Positions 36,639 to 49,711 of a stretch of 64,000 nucleotides of DNA are shown here, in pieces (the stretch's first letter is position 1; each line of letters begins with the position of its first letter). Under the pieces are notes generated by a model. That model saw nothing but the letters and a program-made list of their open reading frames with translations, was not told the DNA's origin and ran no database searches. A program made the translations under genes and the position numbers. The DNA is from Podarcis liolepis (lineage: Eukaryota). Location: assembly GCA_965112155.1 (NCBI GenBank), contig OZ218102.1, one strand, 5' to 3'.

Positions 36639-37049
36639 TACTGGGCTCCCCCAAAGCCTCCAAGCTCTCCTGGTTCTACTACAATTCTAAAAAGTCACCT
36701 GACGCCGAGGAGGGGGGAGCGAGGGAGAAAGAGGAAGAGCGAAAGAGCGGTGGAAAAACTTTTTTGAAAGTCCCCCCCCCCCACCCGCAAAGAAAAAAGG
36801 TTTTTCCCCTCCCTCTCTCTTGGTCTGGACTATTTGGCTTTGTTTTGTTTTTGCTCCCCGCTCCCCCCCTTCCCCTTTCTTTTCTCCCCCTCCTCTTCCA
36901 TTATTTTGTGTGTGTGTGTGTGTTTCCTCCTTCCTTTTTTTTTTTAATGCCTACGTGGAATCCCATACGCTTTGAGAAGCAGCAGCAGGACGCTGGGAGG
37001 CTACTGAATAGCGCTTCACAGACTAGGCTCCAACCCAGAGAGCTAAACA

Positions 37050-38240
37050 ATCAGGGCGGTCGCTGATTGGCCCAAGCTGCCTGACCGAAGTCAGCGCTGA
37101 CAGGTCCCCGCTGAAGTCTGAAAAGATTTAGGAAGGGGTAAAGGGGCGGGGAGGGAGGAAGAGGACTCAGGAAGCAGTGCGCCTGCGCTGCGTTTGTGGA
37201 TAATCCCCCCCCCCAAGCTCCTTCCCTTTCTCCTCCTCCTCTTCCCCCTTTGCCCCCTCCCTCTCTAGCCCTAACCAGTGCGCCGAGCTTGTCCGGTGTT
37301 TGCATTTACTCCCCGCATTTTGTTTTTATCTGCGTTTAACTGATTAAGGGCCGCTGGAACCGTCTTCCCCAGACGAAATGAGGGGTCCTCCGAGTCGTTT
37401 ACGCGCTAATGAGCAGTGGTTGCCAAAGGAGGAACAAGGCCTTGAGCAAGCGGCGGCAGCAGCTCCTGGGAGCGCCGGGGAGGCGAGGCTGGCCGGCGGG
37501 TGGCTGTTGCTTTCTCCCCACCCCTTCCAAAGACGCTTTGGTTGTCCCCGATCATCTGCTTAGAAGAGCCAGGCGCTTGGAGGTATCCTGAGTGATCTCC
37601 TGACTCCTGCACGGCTTGGATCGTGGCTCAAGCCCCTTCTGCTTTCTGTTCTCCTGCTAGCCTCCAACCATTTACACACACACACACACACACACGTTCT
37701 CCTTCCACACCCAGCCCTGTCTCTTTTTCTCACTTAGCCTCGTAATGAGCAGACGATTTAATGGAGAGCTCAGATCGGTGTCTGCTTCGGGGCGGACTGC
37801 CTGATTGGCCACCGAGCAGCTCATTGTGGACTAACCAAAGTGCGATTCTCAACTCCCTTCCAGTTTCCTTCCTGCAAGAGCAACAACAAAGATGGAGAAG
37901 GGGCGGGAGGGGAGGAAGGTAGCACACATCACACAGGGACTTTCACAAAACTTCCGCTCTCGAGGGACAGGGGAGCGGGGGGGGGGGGCGAAATACGGCT
38001 AGGCCAAGCCGCCGCAGAAATCAGCAGGGAAGGAGGTAGGGAGGAGAGAGACTGCCCGGAGAAGGTCTGCCGAGACGTAGCAAGCTCTCCTCCGTCCCCT
38101 TTCCCTGCCCTCACAATCGCCCAGATTATGAATGAATCCGAAAGACAGGAGACGCGCGGGGCTTTCTGAGACCGCCTCATAAATTCCTTTGCCTACGACC
38201 CACCATTGTAGGAAGTAGAGAAGCGCGCAGGTTTGTTACC
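37050..38240 (-). promoter_or_regulatory. Proximal ZIC4 promoter region (CpG-rich, CCAAT and GC boxes)
   Basis: CTGATTGGCC (NF-Y box facing ZIC4) at 37063-37072 and 37801-37810, GGGGCGGGG at about 37143-37151, and CpG enrichment 400-1500 bp upstream of the 36638 ATG. Confidence 0.6.
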
Positions 38241-41200
38241 AGGCCTGTTTTGGGCCAGGAGCAAAAGTCTAGATTATTTTCTTTAAAGCAATACAGCGAT
38301 GGTGGTGGACCCCAAACCCCGGGCCAGGCAAGATGCTTTCGAGGGATCCAATCCTACACACACACTACCTCCACCCTCGCTTCCTAACCTCCAGCCCAAC
38401 CGCGCCATCAATTTGACTGCTGATTATTTATAGCACAGACAAATCTCCGGGACTCCCGTCCCCAACAGAAATGGGCACAATGTGGAAGAGACAGGCTTTG
38501 CATACAGAAGTCGTCCTGGGAAGCGGAGCTGGGCAGCTAGGTATTTAGATTTCTGACACTGGTTGGCGGCCCAGAGAACCAGACCTTTAAAACAACAACA
38601 ACAAAGGCTAAAGCTCTGCCACATCTTTCATTTCCCACGATTACACGACATTTATGTCCCCCTCCCTTTAAAAGTAATACAAAAAAGTCATACCTAATAC
38701 CTGCAATTAACTGGCGCGTATAACCCAATCCAAATATTGCAAATCATTTCAAAATGCTTATGCAACTAATAAGTCTCTGACCATCTGAAGCAGCCCTGGA
38801 TGCGTGTGAAACATCGTGTTGAATCCCTTTGCCTCTCCCTGTCAAACGCAATCGCCCACATTCATTTATAAGGAGCAATTAAAAGATCAAGTCAATTTAA
38901 AAAGCAACCTGTAGATTAATAGATAAATCTATCGGACGTTATGATGCTCACATTTGCTCACTGTCAAAAGGAAAATAAACCGATTGCAAGTGTACTGTAT
39001 CCGTGATGAAAATAAAAGTATAGAGTTTATTATTTTTACCCCCACCCAAAAAAAAAAGTCATTGAAAGCCCTTCCAATAAATGCTGGAACCCGATATTAC
39101 TGAATTCAGGTAATTCTGTTCTCCTCCATTTAGTGGGATAATATCAAAATTCGGCCTTGAACTCTGGACCTAAACTCCTAAACGTAAAAGTTACTTTAAG
39201 TATACCCACTTTCTGCAGAAGGGCAGCTTTCAATGTTACTTAAAATCCAGTAAGAAACACGGCAATTTTGAGAATGTTTTCCCCCACTGAACAAGCAGCA
39301 TTTTTTACTTTTAAATGACATCCTGCGAAAAGAGCCCTTTATTTTTATTTTATTTTTAAAAACTGAACCATTTGGGCAAAAGTAAAATGCAAAATCGACA
39401 CGTACTTTTAAAATAATATTCTTTCTCGCTTTCTGTCCCGTGTTAATAGCTGCACAAGTGATGTCCTGAAACCGAAAGCCGCTCTTAAGTTACTTGTGGT
39501 AATGCCCTGAGTATTAGTGAGGTCAGTGTTATTAAAGATGCAATCACAACACTCACTTGAGAGTAATCCCAACTGAATTCAGTGGAAGTTCCGAGAAAAC
39601 ATGCATAGGATGGGCTTTAACTCATTTCAGATGCAAAACTAGGCGGTGAATTAAAAGTGTCCCCCCCTCAAAGGAAGTCACATATTAAAGGAGAATAACA
39701 TCATTTCTCGGGATACAGAACTTCAGTTTCAAGAGTAAATATTTCTTTCTCTCATCATCGCAAAATTTACATCCTGACATACAGTAAATAAACTATCTGA
39801 AGCCGCACTGAACTCTTACAGCTTTTCCACCACTATCCCCTCTCCCCCCCAAAAATATTTGAACTTTTTGTTTTTATTTTTTAAAAGCAACGTTTAGCTA
39901 TAATGTTGAAACAGTTGCCAGTCACTGCATTTTAGAGAAATCACCCCGGAGACAGACCTTAGCAAACATCAAAACAATTTCTTGGGATATTCTAAAGTTG
40001 CTAGCTAAATGTTGTTTTTGTATGCTTGGGAACAACAATTCCCGACTCAGGCAATTGCCAATCAAATTTACGTAAAGCAGAAAAATAGGAGCCTGCCTGC
40101 TATAAAATATTTTTGAATTGCTAAATCGTGGAATATTGAGTTCAAGATGTACGACATGCATAAATAATTATCTAAGAAGCATCTCATTACACTTTATACC
40201 ATAGCGGGAGTTATAGTCTTGTTTTTGACCATTTTTGTACAGATCACAATACTGAGGATAAAATAAAAGGCAGCTAAATCGGTATTTATTATTGTATGAA
40301 TGTAACGCGCGCGCACACATTGATGCCCCGAGGACCTGAAAAGTTACACATGCTGTAATTAACTAGCTCTCCTTACGTAACATGTTTATGTAGACAACTT
40401 AAACCCCCCAGTAGTTCAAGACGACCTTCCCTTGCCAGTTTCTTCGCCCTAAGCCAAAAACATTTCGTCTTTTCCTTCCTCATCCCTGACCATCTCCGAA
40501 GAAGATCACAGAAAGAAAGAAACGTTATCGGAAGCAGGACTCTGGAAGGCTGTTACTTACAAAGGTACTGAGAGTGTGACTTCCAAATAAAGCTGTTTTC
40601 CTCATCCCTCCTTACAACCACTTCACCTCTACACTCTTGACATCCTTCAGTCCTGACAGTCCTCAGTCAAGGGAGAAAACATCTGGAACAGTTTATCAAT
40701 ATATATATGTTACTATCGGTTGGCTTAGGCCATTCTAAAATATTGGCATGGCTTCTTGTCAAACGCTAATGGCTTTATCCGCTCTTACTTAAAACCCTGA
40801 GGTTCCTCACAGGGGTTTCCCCCCCTTGTTCCCCCCTCTGCTTGCATGAGTCCAATGGAAAAGAAATGGCCCATGGTGTCTCTCTCATTATATTAGGTGA
40901 AGTTAGTGCTCTCACTCCTAGCATTTGTTGTGTACCTTGGGAGACATATCTCTGTGCGTGCGTGTGTGTGTGTGTGTGTGTGCGCGCGCGCGCATAAAGG
41001 AGACAGAGCAGACAAGTGAGGGAGGGTGGTGATGCAGATGGAGCTGTACACATGACCAGAAGGCGGAGGAAACAGAACGAGGAGGGCCTGAACAAAGTTG
41101 CAGAGTTATCCAGGAGACTTGCATCTGCGATGCAGCTCTTACCTGTCTAATGTGCGCTTTTCTTTGTGGTTCCCTCAGTGTGTGTGTGTGTGCGCGCGCG

Positions 41201-43974
41201 CGCGCGCGGTTCTATATATTGAGTAGATAAAACGACCAGAAGAGCAGAATAGCTCACCCTTCCACAAATAAACAAATCGGGATGGCAGGGACTCCCCGCC
41301 TTATATTTTTAAACTGTCATGGCCCTCATGGACGCATTCCACTTCTAATATAAATACTGGAGCTGAGGAACTTGATGACAAGGAGAGCTGCACTTTGCAA
41401 GAATAACGCCCAGCCCAGTTGCGTTAGCATGGCCACTAGCCAAAAGCAGAATCTAGACTCCCCAAAGGCAATAAGACTGTTTGGTTACTAGCTCCATTGG
41501 ACTACTGCTGCTGCTGCTATTAGCTTCCCACCGGAGGACCGCAGCCGCATACGGCGTGGAAGAGACAATTAGAAGTCCTTGCACGTTTGTCCACAAAATG
41601 TTTTGCGGATCGCAGTTTCTCCCCCTACTGACTGTCCTGGACAATGTGGCCCAATTGTAAAGTATTGGCAAGATGCCCTTTACTCACAGAGCCCAGTTAA
41701 GTCCACCTATTGGGACTATGTAAGCGGGTTTCAATGAGATTGCTGCGGCTTAACTGTCTTGTGAACTGGTTTGAGGATCCTAACAACTTGAACACCGTGG
41801 CCCAGTGGTTTGGGGGGGGGGGAATCACAGACTTGCCCTGCCAGACAGTTAGTAGGAGAGAGATGAGGTTTGTTGAAGAAAAACCCTCCTATTACGCACA
41901 CACAACCACATTGACAGCACCTACTAATAACCATTGAAAAGCTGAACAAATGACAATTGACTTCTTCCGTTTCAGGTTTTGCTTATCATAGCCTAGGAAA
42001 TAAATGCGTACCAGAAAGTAGGCAGCAAAGCAGCCATTCTGCCCTCTGTCTCCCACTGACACCAGCGACAATTATGTCTGCTTAAGTGTCGGCAGGATTG
42101 CCGCCCAATGGCGTGTTCTGTTGCTTCCAGTGACCTCAGGCACGAACTGGAAAAGATGTGGTTAAGATTTCTGCATAAGAGAAACCACAGTATTATTTCT
42201 GTAGGTTGGAGATTCAGCAGAAATCTGTTGTGGGAAGGAGATTTACACTCCCCCCTAAAAAATACCTTCTCGATCAGTTCCAAGGATCAACAGCCTAAGA
42301 GTCTGAGGTGCTTTTTTGCACTCTAAACTCAGATATAATCACATTTGTAGTTTATATTATCCTATCTTCCGCAAGGAATAGATTACATTTCTGCATAAAC
42401 ACGACACCTGGCTGATTTCCCCAATAAATAAGTAAATACAGAATGGAAGAGTGTAAGCTTTTTTAAAACAACAACAACAAATAAATAAATAAACTTCCTG
42501 AACTTTAGAGCAATCATCTGGTCTTATACGCTGCCAGTATTTTCTTTACCCCATCTCTTTAACAGAGTTTATTAGGCTGTATCTGCTAGCAGAATCTGAC
42601 CTTTAGCTTTTAGTTAAAACAGCCAGATTCTCTGGGCGATTGAGACTCGCAGAAACTTTTTTCGCGTTTTCTATGTCTGTCTCGCTGAAGGGTCATTGAA
42701 TCAGTGTAGGGAAGTGGTGACCTTTCCGAAGAAGGTCTTCACTGCTTATGAAGAAGGAAAGTCTTGTGAATAAGGGATTTCTATGCAACTCTACCCCTTC
42801 CCACTTCAAAAATCGCCTGTAAACGCAAATCTTCAGGGTGCACTACGGACATTGTCGCCTTAATTCGAATAGCAGCGTAGGAATTCATAGGAAAAGGAAC
42901 CAGCCCGATAAGAGGCTTCCTTAAACTGAAATATACGGGTGCAAGACTTGTGTCGTGCACATGATTTCGAGGGAAACAATCCATTTAAAACCCAAGTTAT
43001 CTGGGGGATTAACTGAGTTGTTGATGGGCTGTAAGAGAATAATACAGGGGGAAGCCCGTGTTTCCTGATCATCTATTCAGCATTTAGGCAGCCGGGAGAC
43101 TTAAGAGAAGGGACGGAATTCACCAAAATCAAGAAGAGCCACGTGGAAGGATTGGTGAAGAATCGCCGCAAGATAATGATGAGAATTAAACGTGAACCCT
43201 CCCTTTTATTCAGGAAGGTATTGGCTCAGAAAATATGACGGAAAATACTGATGTAAAATAAAGGAGAAATTCTGTATCTCCCCCCCTTTTTAATATGACC
43301 TGCCTTTTATTGCTGAAAACTAATGTCTAACTGGGCTAAGCTACAGGAAAGGATGACAAAGCAGGTAATAGGTAGAAGGTAATGACCAGTTGTGAAGATG
43401 GGATGGCTCCAAATCCTCTTCCTCCCACCAGTTCAGAACTTGAATTACTGAAGATCAACCCAATCAAATGTTTATTTCAAATGGAATACTTAATATAGTG
43501 CCCCAGATTAAGGTATTCCTGTCAGATAAGATGTCAATCAATGCCCTACTTAACTCCTCGCATGGTGGAAGTTGGGTAGCCAGCACATTGTGGAAAGCTG
43601 GTATACCGGGTAACGATGATACATATCATGTAAACCCCATCGCCAAGATCAAAGCTTTCTTCTTTAATAGGATCCAATACATGTCAAACCTCATTCCAAT
43701 CAAATCGCCCGTAAATTAATGCAAGATGAATATGTCATAGAATAATGTGACAATGCAATCACAGAGGGTCAGGGGTTGTTGTTTCAATGAGAGAGTTGTC
43801 AAATATTAATTCTAGAACCTCCAAATGAATAGGCAGAGAGCAGGATTAAGCGCTTGCTGGTGGGACCTTGTGTGGCTGATTTGCGTTCATGCAAGCAAGT
43901 TAAACACTATAGGGGAGGAATCATATATTGTTTTTGGGCTTTTTTTTTTTTAAGAAAGTCATATTTTAACTTAC

Positions 43975-44059
43975 TTGACTGTCCCAGAAGGTTTCTGTAA
44001 AGTCGTTTTCTTTTCCTCATTACAAGGGTAACCTTGTGCCTTATTTTCTAACTTGGTTC
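43975..44059 (-). CDS. ZIC4: Candidate 85-bp upstream ZIC4 exon (coding part 44020-43975: MRKRKRLYRNLLGQS) for a short isoform
   Basis: Acceptor ccacttttctctcctgaacAG| at 44060/44059 and perfect donor CAA|GTAAGT at 43975/43974. Translation IRHKVTLVMRKRKRLYRNLLGQS closely resembles the mammalian ZIC4 N-terminus as I recall it ([23 protein letters not shown]). Its phase 1 matches an internal acceptor at 36089/36088. Confidence 0.8.
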
Positions 44060-46373
44060 CTGTTCAGGAGAGAAAAGTGGCAATATTTTTTGAAGTGTCT
44101 AGTTTATATGCAAGTGATAAATAATTGAAGAATGGCGTGAAATCTTTTTTTTTTTTAATACCCCCATCCCGAATAAAAACCTCAAATTGTTTTGGAACTC
44201 AAGTCTTTGTGTCGCCAAAATATGGCAGAAGTAAAGAAGGGGGGAGGGGGAGAGATGGAAGAGGTGGAATATATTTACAATAAAACATTTCAAAACTTCG
44301 TGCATATATTACAGAACAACCCTAGGGCTGATTTAGAGGAAGAGATAGGACAGGAGATTTCCAGAATTCTGCTTTGATCTGACACATACCTCCTGGCTGA
44401 GCACTGAGAAGTGTTACCACCGACGACGCTGCATTGTTTATGGACTTTTCAGAGCTAATATTAAACTTTTCAGCGCTAATATCTTCGTGTTTGTTTGCAA
44501 GACTCTTCCAACCAAAGATGGGATGCTTTAAAGCTGCCACTTTTGCACCGTCCAACTCTGACTTTTCAAAGGAGAACCAATGGCCTGACGGTGCCAAGAG
44601 AGGAGCTCTCAGTGCAGATACTAAGACTTAAGAGCAGACTTCAAAAAGCAATAGATTCAGCCCATGACTTAGTGCTAGTGGTTAATGTGAACAGTAAAGT
44701 AGGAATAATAGGAAAGAGTGACGATAACCCTTGTGCCAATTGCAGAGGAAGTAAATGACCAAGTCTAAATATTGTTGCAGGAGCTCTTTCTGGATATATA
44801 TTCCTGAAAGGGAGATAGGAAGGAGAGGAACATATACTTTATATTATTTCATAAGAACCAAATAATGCAAATATTTGAGCTCAAAGAGGGATTTTGTATA
44901 GCTTTTGTATAGCTGTTGTTTTTATAAAAAACTACATTAGAAAGATTTCCAATGGGAGTGAAATAAATAAATAAATAAATAAATAAATACTCTTAAAATG
45001 CTCAATGAAGTTATTGAATCAAGGAGGGGCTTTATATGGGATGCCCAAACTTGTCACTTTTGAATCATTATAAATTATTATGATGCTATTAATTATTTTT
45101 ATTCTGGAATACGTTTTAATTTTCAAAAATAAACAGATGTGGGGGGGGGGCAGAGGCCAGATTTCCTCAAATACTATCAAGATGGAGTGCAACGTCTCCG
45201 CACATCATATAAAATTTGGGGTTATTATTAACACCGAAGTAGTGTTCTGACCTGAAGAAGGGAAAAGATAGGATTTCCTGTTTCTTTTTGGCTCGAAAAA
45301 AGGAGAGGAAATAGGTGCAAGGTCCATGAATGTGGAAAAAACCCTGGCATTATATACCTTAACTTCACTTATTAATACTTTTTTCCCTCCTAATTTAAAG
45401 TTTGACACGCACCTCACCCGAAATTTCAAAATAGGGGGCACCGTAAACAGCGTCTGTTTACAGCCCGAACTCTTTCTTATATATTCCATTCCAGAAGTGC
45501 ATGAGATTATTTTATTGTGTGAGATGCACTTCTGAGGTGAAATGGAACAAGCCTGTGTATGTGTGCGTAGGTGTTTGTACGCGTGTGTGTGTAGTATTTA
45601 CATCCAGAAAGGCTGGACTTCTGCTGCAGGTCGGCTAGTCAACAGCCTCTATTTCCATAACTAAAAACAATTTGGCAGCACTCAAACCATGTCCGGTAAC
45701 CCGACTCTCGATGCAGCCAGCCATTCTAATAAACTTCCAGCAAATCTTTTACAGATCCAGCTGACTCTTTGGAATACCATGCGGAATTTGGGGGCTCTTC
45801 TTATGAACTATTTCCATCCTCAAACGGCCTAGTTGAGGCAAGGGAAGCTGCAATGAATCCACCTCCCCTACGCATATTGTTTTAAAAGCATAACATATAT
45901 TTTTCAACGCTCTGAGACTGAGCATACAAGGCTCAAGGTAATCCTAAATGTCTATTACTCTTATAGAGTAACTCAGAAGACACTTGGACAGATCTTGCCT
46001 TTCAAGAGCTAGACAAATTGTTTGCGGAGAACATTAGAGCAACTCTATTCTTGGACGAAGGTTAGGAAATCAGGTTGAGCTAGCTAGTCGTTCGAAACGG
46101 AAGGGCGAACCAGTGTGCACAGAGGCGGGCGCGCGCGGGCGCGCGGGCGCGCGGCTACACACTCGAGTCATTGTCCCGGATACGGTGGGCCCGGCACATG
46201 TTCCCGGTCGCAGGTCAGAGGTCAAGCTCCAGGGGTGTTTCCAAAGCCGGCCACTTCAAGAACTCAAGCCTTCAACACTTATCCAAACTGATTAACTACA
46301 TGATCAACAGTAGCCAAGGAAATGCAACGGGCTTCACCGGTGTCGCCACTGCGAGAAATAGCCAGACCAGGAT

Positions 46374-46429
<56 letters not shown>

Positions 46430-47543
46430 GCGAGGGAGATGTGACTTTCGTGGAAATCCCTCTCGATTCCCTTTAAGACTTGGATAGCCTAAAGCTCTGT
46501 CGCCCTCCTCCTTCTGATCCAGATTTTACAGATATTCTCTTTAAAGAATAAAATAAAAATGCAGCAAAATAAATCAGCGAAAGGGTTTGGTGGTGGTTGG
46601 TTTTTTTAAAAAAAACCCACAAACAACACCATGCAGATTGGTAGACATTTTTGCACAAATAAAAAAAGAAACAAGGAGTTAAATGATGGTGGAGTGGGGT
46701 GTTTGTGTGTAAGGGAGGTGGGAGTGTCACCCGATTACGGAGAGCTCCTGATCGAGATGGGAATGGAAGGTCCATTGTGAAAAGCTTACGAAGTCTTGGC
46801 TACTAGACCTTTAGCCACAGACATGGTTAACTCCTTCCTAACTACGCAGGAGAGAGTGCCTGAAACAGAGAAACTGGTGCCGAGTTCTCAAGGGGGAGCA
46901 AGACCTGGGCTGACCAGTCCCCGCCTCTCGGTTCCCCCCTGCACCTCGAGCCCAAAGCAGCGACTCATCTTCCACGGTTGGGAGGCTGGAGCAGAGGTGG
47001 ACCGAGATAACCGCACTTCTCTAACGCTCGGCACCCTAGGGCATTGTCTGCTTAGGATACACACTCTGCTGTTCTCCGCCTCCTGTTCCCTCTCTTCCGA
47101 GGCAACCGCATCTCTTTCGCTGCCCTCTCTTTTCTCCGTCTGCCCTCCTGTAGTGGGCATTCAGATATAGGGCGCTTGTCCCAGCGGCACCATGGGAAGC
47201 ACCTTGATCACAAACGCCCCGATCCACTTGGCGGCGTGGACCTTCGGGTCGGGGAAGGGAAAGCCCTGCCCGCCTTTGGCGGTGGGGCCAGGTGCAGCTT
47301 TACCTCCCAGCAGTCTCCCGTGGAGGAAAGTCTCTGCCCACGTGCCTGAAAAGGTGCCAAACCACATCCGCAGAGTGTGTGCGAAGAGAGGGGGGGGGCT
47401 CCTAAGGTTCATTCATGCACATAACAAGCCTCCTGAAGGTGAAAGGTTGCTCCAGCGCTTGGCCTGACACTGGCAGAAGGGAAGCCGCATTTCCTAGCCC
47501 GCCCCGCGTCTCCCACCCCTTGATCACCACTTCAGTCACTTAC

Positions 47544-47810
47544 CCCACTCCACCTGTTGAAGCAGAGATCCCCTCATTTCTGCCTAGCATGTCAGAACTG
47601 ACCAAAAAAAAGAGAAGAAAGTCGAAAGACAGAGGGAGACGAGAGGAGAGGCTGGGGGTGGGGGTGGGATAGAGGGGGTAGGGTGGGCAGCGGTTGGATC
47701 AAACAAAACCAAAACACCTCTTGGGCGACTTCATCGAGGCGGTCATCCTTCATTTCTTCTTTTCTTGCTTTCTGGGAGCAGCTGGGGATTGTATGGAGAG
47801 GCAGAAATGA
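47544..47810 (-). other. Candidate non-coding first exon of the short ZIC4 isoform
   Basis: Perfect donor GGG|GTAAGT at 47544/47543 on the minus strand and a TATA-like CATATAAG near 47835-47842 (minus). The 85-bp exon has an acceptor, so it needs an upstream exon. The TSS is only estimated. Confidence 0.4.
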
Positions 47811-47959
47811 ACCTTCAGGATGATATTTTAATGGCTTATATGTCACGTTGGTGCATGTGGCTTTGAACTGGAGCAGCTTTCGTTTCCTGCAGAGAGCATG
47901 CCGCAAATCCCACTTGATAACTTCTGCAGCCCACAACACTTGCACACAGAGCGCGCGCA

Positions 47960-48007
<48 letters not shown>

Positions 48008-49676
48008 TGGACTTTATATCTGAGCATGTTCCCAACAACAAACAAACAAACAAACAAACTTTGGACTGTACCCTTCCGCGGTTGTTGACTCTTGAGATGG
48101 GGTTAAGTGTTGCTCTGCATTTTGGAGAGGCGAATCTATTCCCTTTTGCTAACTTCAAGTATGTGTAGATTATTCTCTCTGGGACCAAACTTTCCTGAGA
48201 TTCTTGCCCGTGGCTCTGGAATTAGGCATACTAGAGCGAAAGGGCGAAAGAGCGAGATCTCATTACATATACCAAGTCTAACACATGAAAACTCTTTATA
48301 TTCCTTATCAAGGGAAGATGCTTCAGACCTGTTGCTGTAGGACCTTAGATGTGTGCTTGTATGTATGCATGTGTGTATGTGTTTGTATGCGTCTGTGTAC
48401 ACACACACGCAAACATTGTGTGTATGCGTGCGTGCGTTTGTGAGTGCAAGCCTTCTTTCATGCAAGCAGCATTACCTCCGCTATCGGTCAGAAACTATGA
48501 AGCCGTGCTAATAGAACTGCCCCGAATACCCTCCTTTATGCATTGAACCTACTCGGAAATCTGATATATAGTATTACACTGCCGAATGGCAGTAAAAAGG
48601 TGGTTTTTGTTTTACTTAAACCAAACAGTGTGCCCCCCCCACACATTTCACTGAAATATACAGCTCTGAAATAGGAAATATTTTTCGTGCACTTTTATCT
48701 GCCAAGGGAATTGATTCCTAACTCCTTTAATATAAAACAGGATAAATCAGGTTGGGGGAAAGTCATAGCGAAGTCACATAAAGGCTGGACAAAGGTTCAA
48801 AACCCGAAGGGCTTTGATTTCTAGTTAACATTTATTAACATCCCTCTCCCTCTCCGTCTAACACACAGGCTTACATTTTCTGTATTGGGGTTGGGGATGG
48901 TCCAGGTTAAAATATTATTATTATGTGGTTTTTTTTAAAAAAACAACAACAACTAAAAACACTGTTCTCAGCAAAACGCACTCTTTCTCAAAACTACACG
49001 GGCATCACAGGGAATAACATACCCAAGTTGCTTTGCTTAATTGATTGAGTCACAATGATTGTCTCTTTTTAAGTAACCATACTTCTACATCTCGACAATC
49101 ATTTTAATATATAGTCAATGGGTCTTTGTAACAGGAACAAAGAAGAACTATCCGTAGTTTTTCAATAGACTTGAGTTGGGTAAAGGCAGGTTAATCGAGG
49201 GGTTGCATNNNNNNNNNNNNNNNNNNNNNNNNNNNNNNNNNNNNNNNNNNNNNNNNNNNNNNNNNNNNNNNNNNNNNNNNNNNNNNNNNNNNNNNNNNNN
49301 NNNNNNNNNNNNNNNNNNNNNNNNNNNNNNNNNNNNNNNNNNNNNNNNTCAGCAACAAAGGCGCCGCCTGCTTTTTCCACCGTCCTGGTGTGGCAAGTTG
49401 AGGAATTTCAATAAATGTGACAAGGGTGACTGATTTGTGAACTAGAAAAGGTTTGAGCGTCAGAAAATTTATATTGCTCCTATCTAGTGAGGATTTCAAA
49501 TACATTATAAAACCCCAGGATCCAAAAGCTCCATGCAGCACAGAAGAGACAAAAGCAACTTTGGGGGGGGGGGATACAGTCTTTTTTTTTTTTTACCTGA
49601 ATGAAAGAGGTCGCGTAAAAAAGAAAGAAAGAAAAACAAGAAACAAAGTGCAAGGAGATACATAAACAACACTATA

Positions 49677-49711
<35 letters not shown>

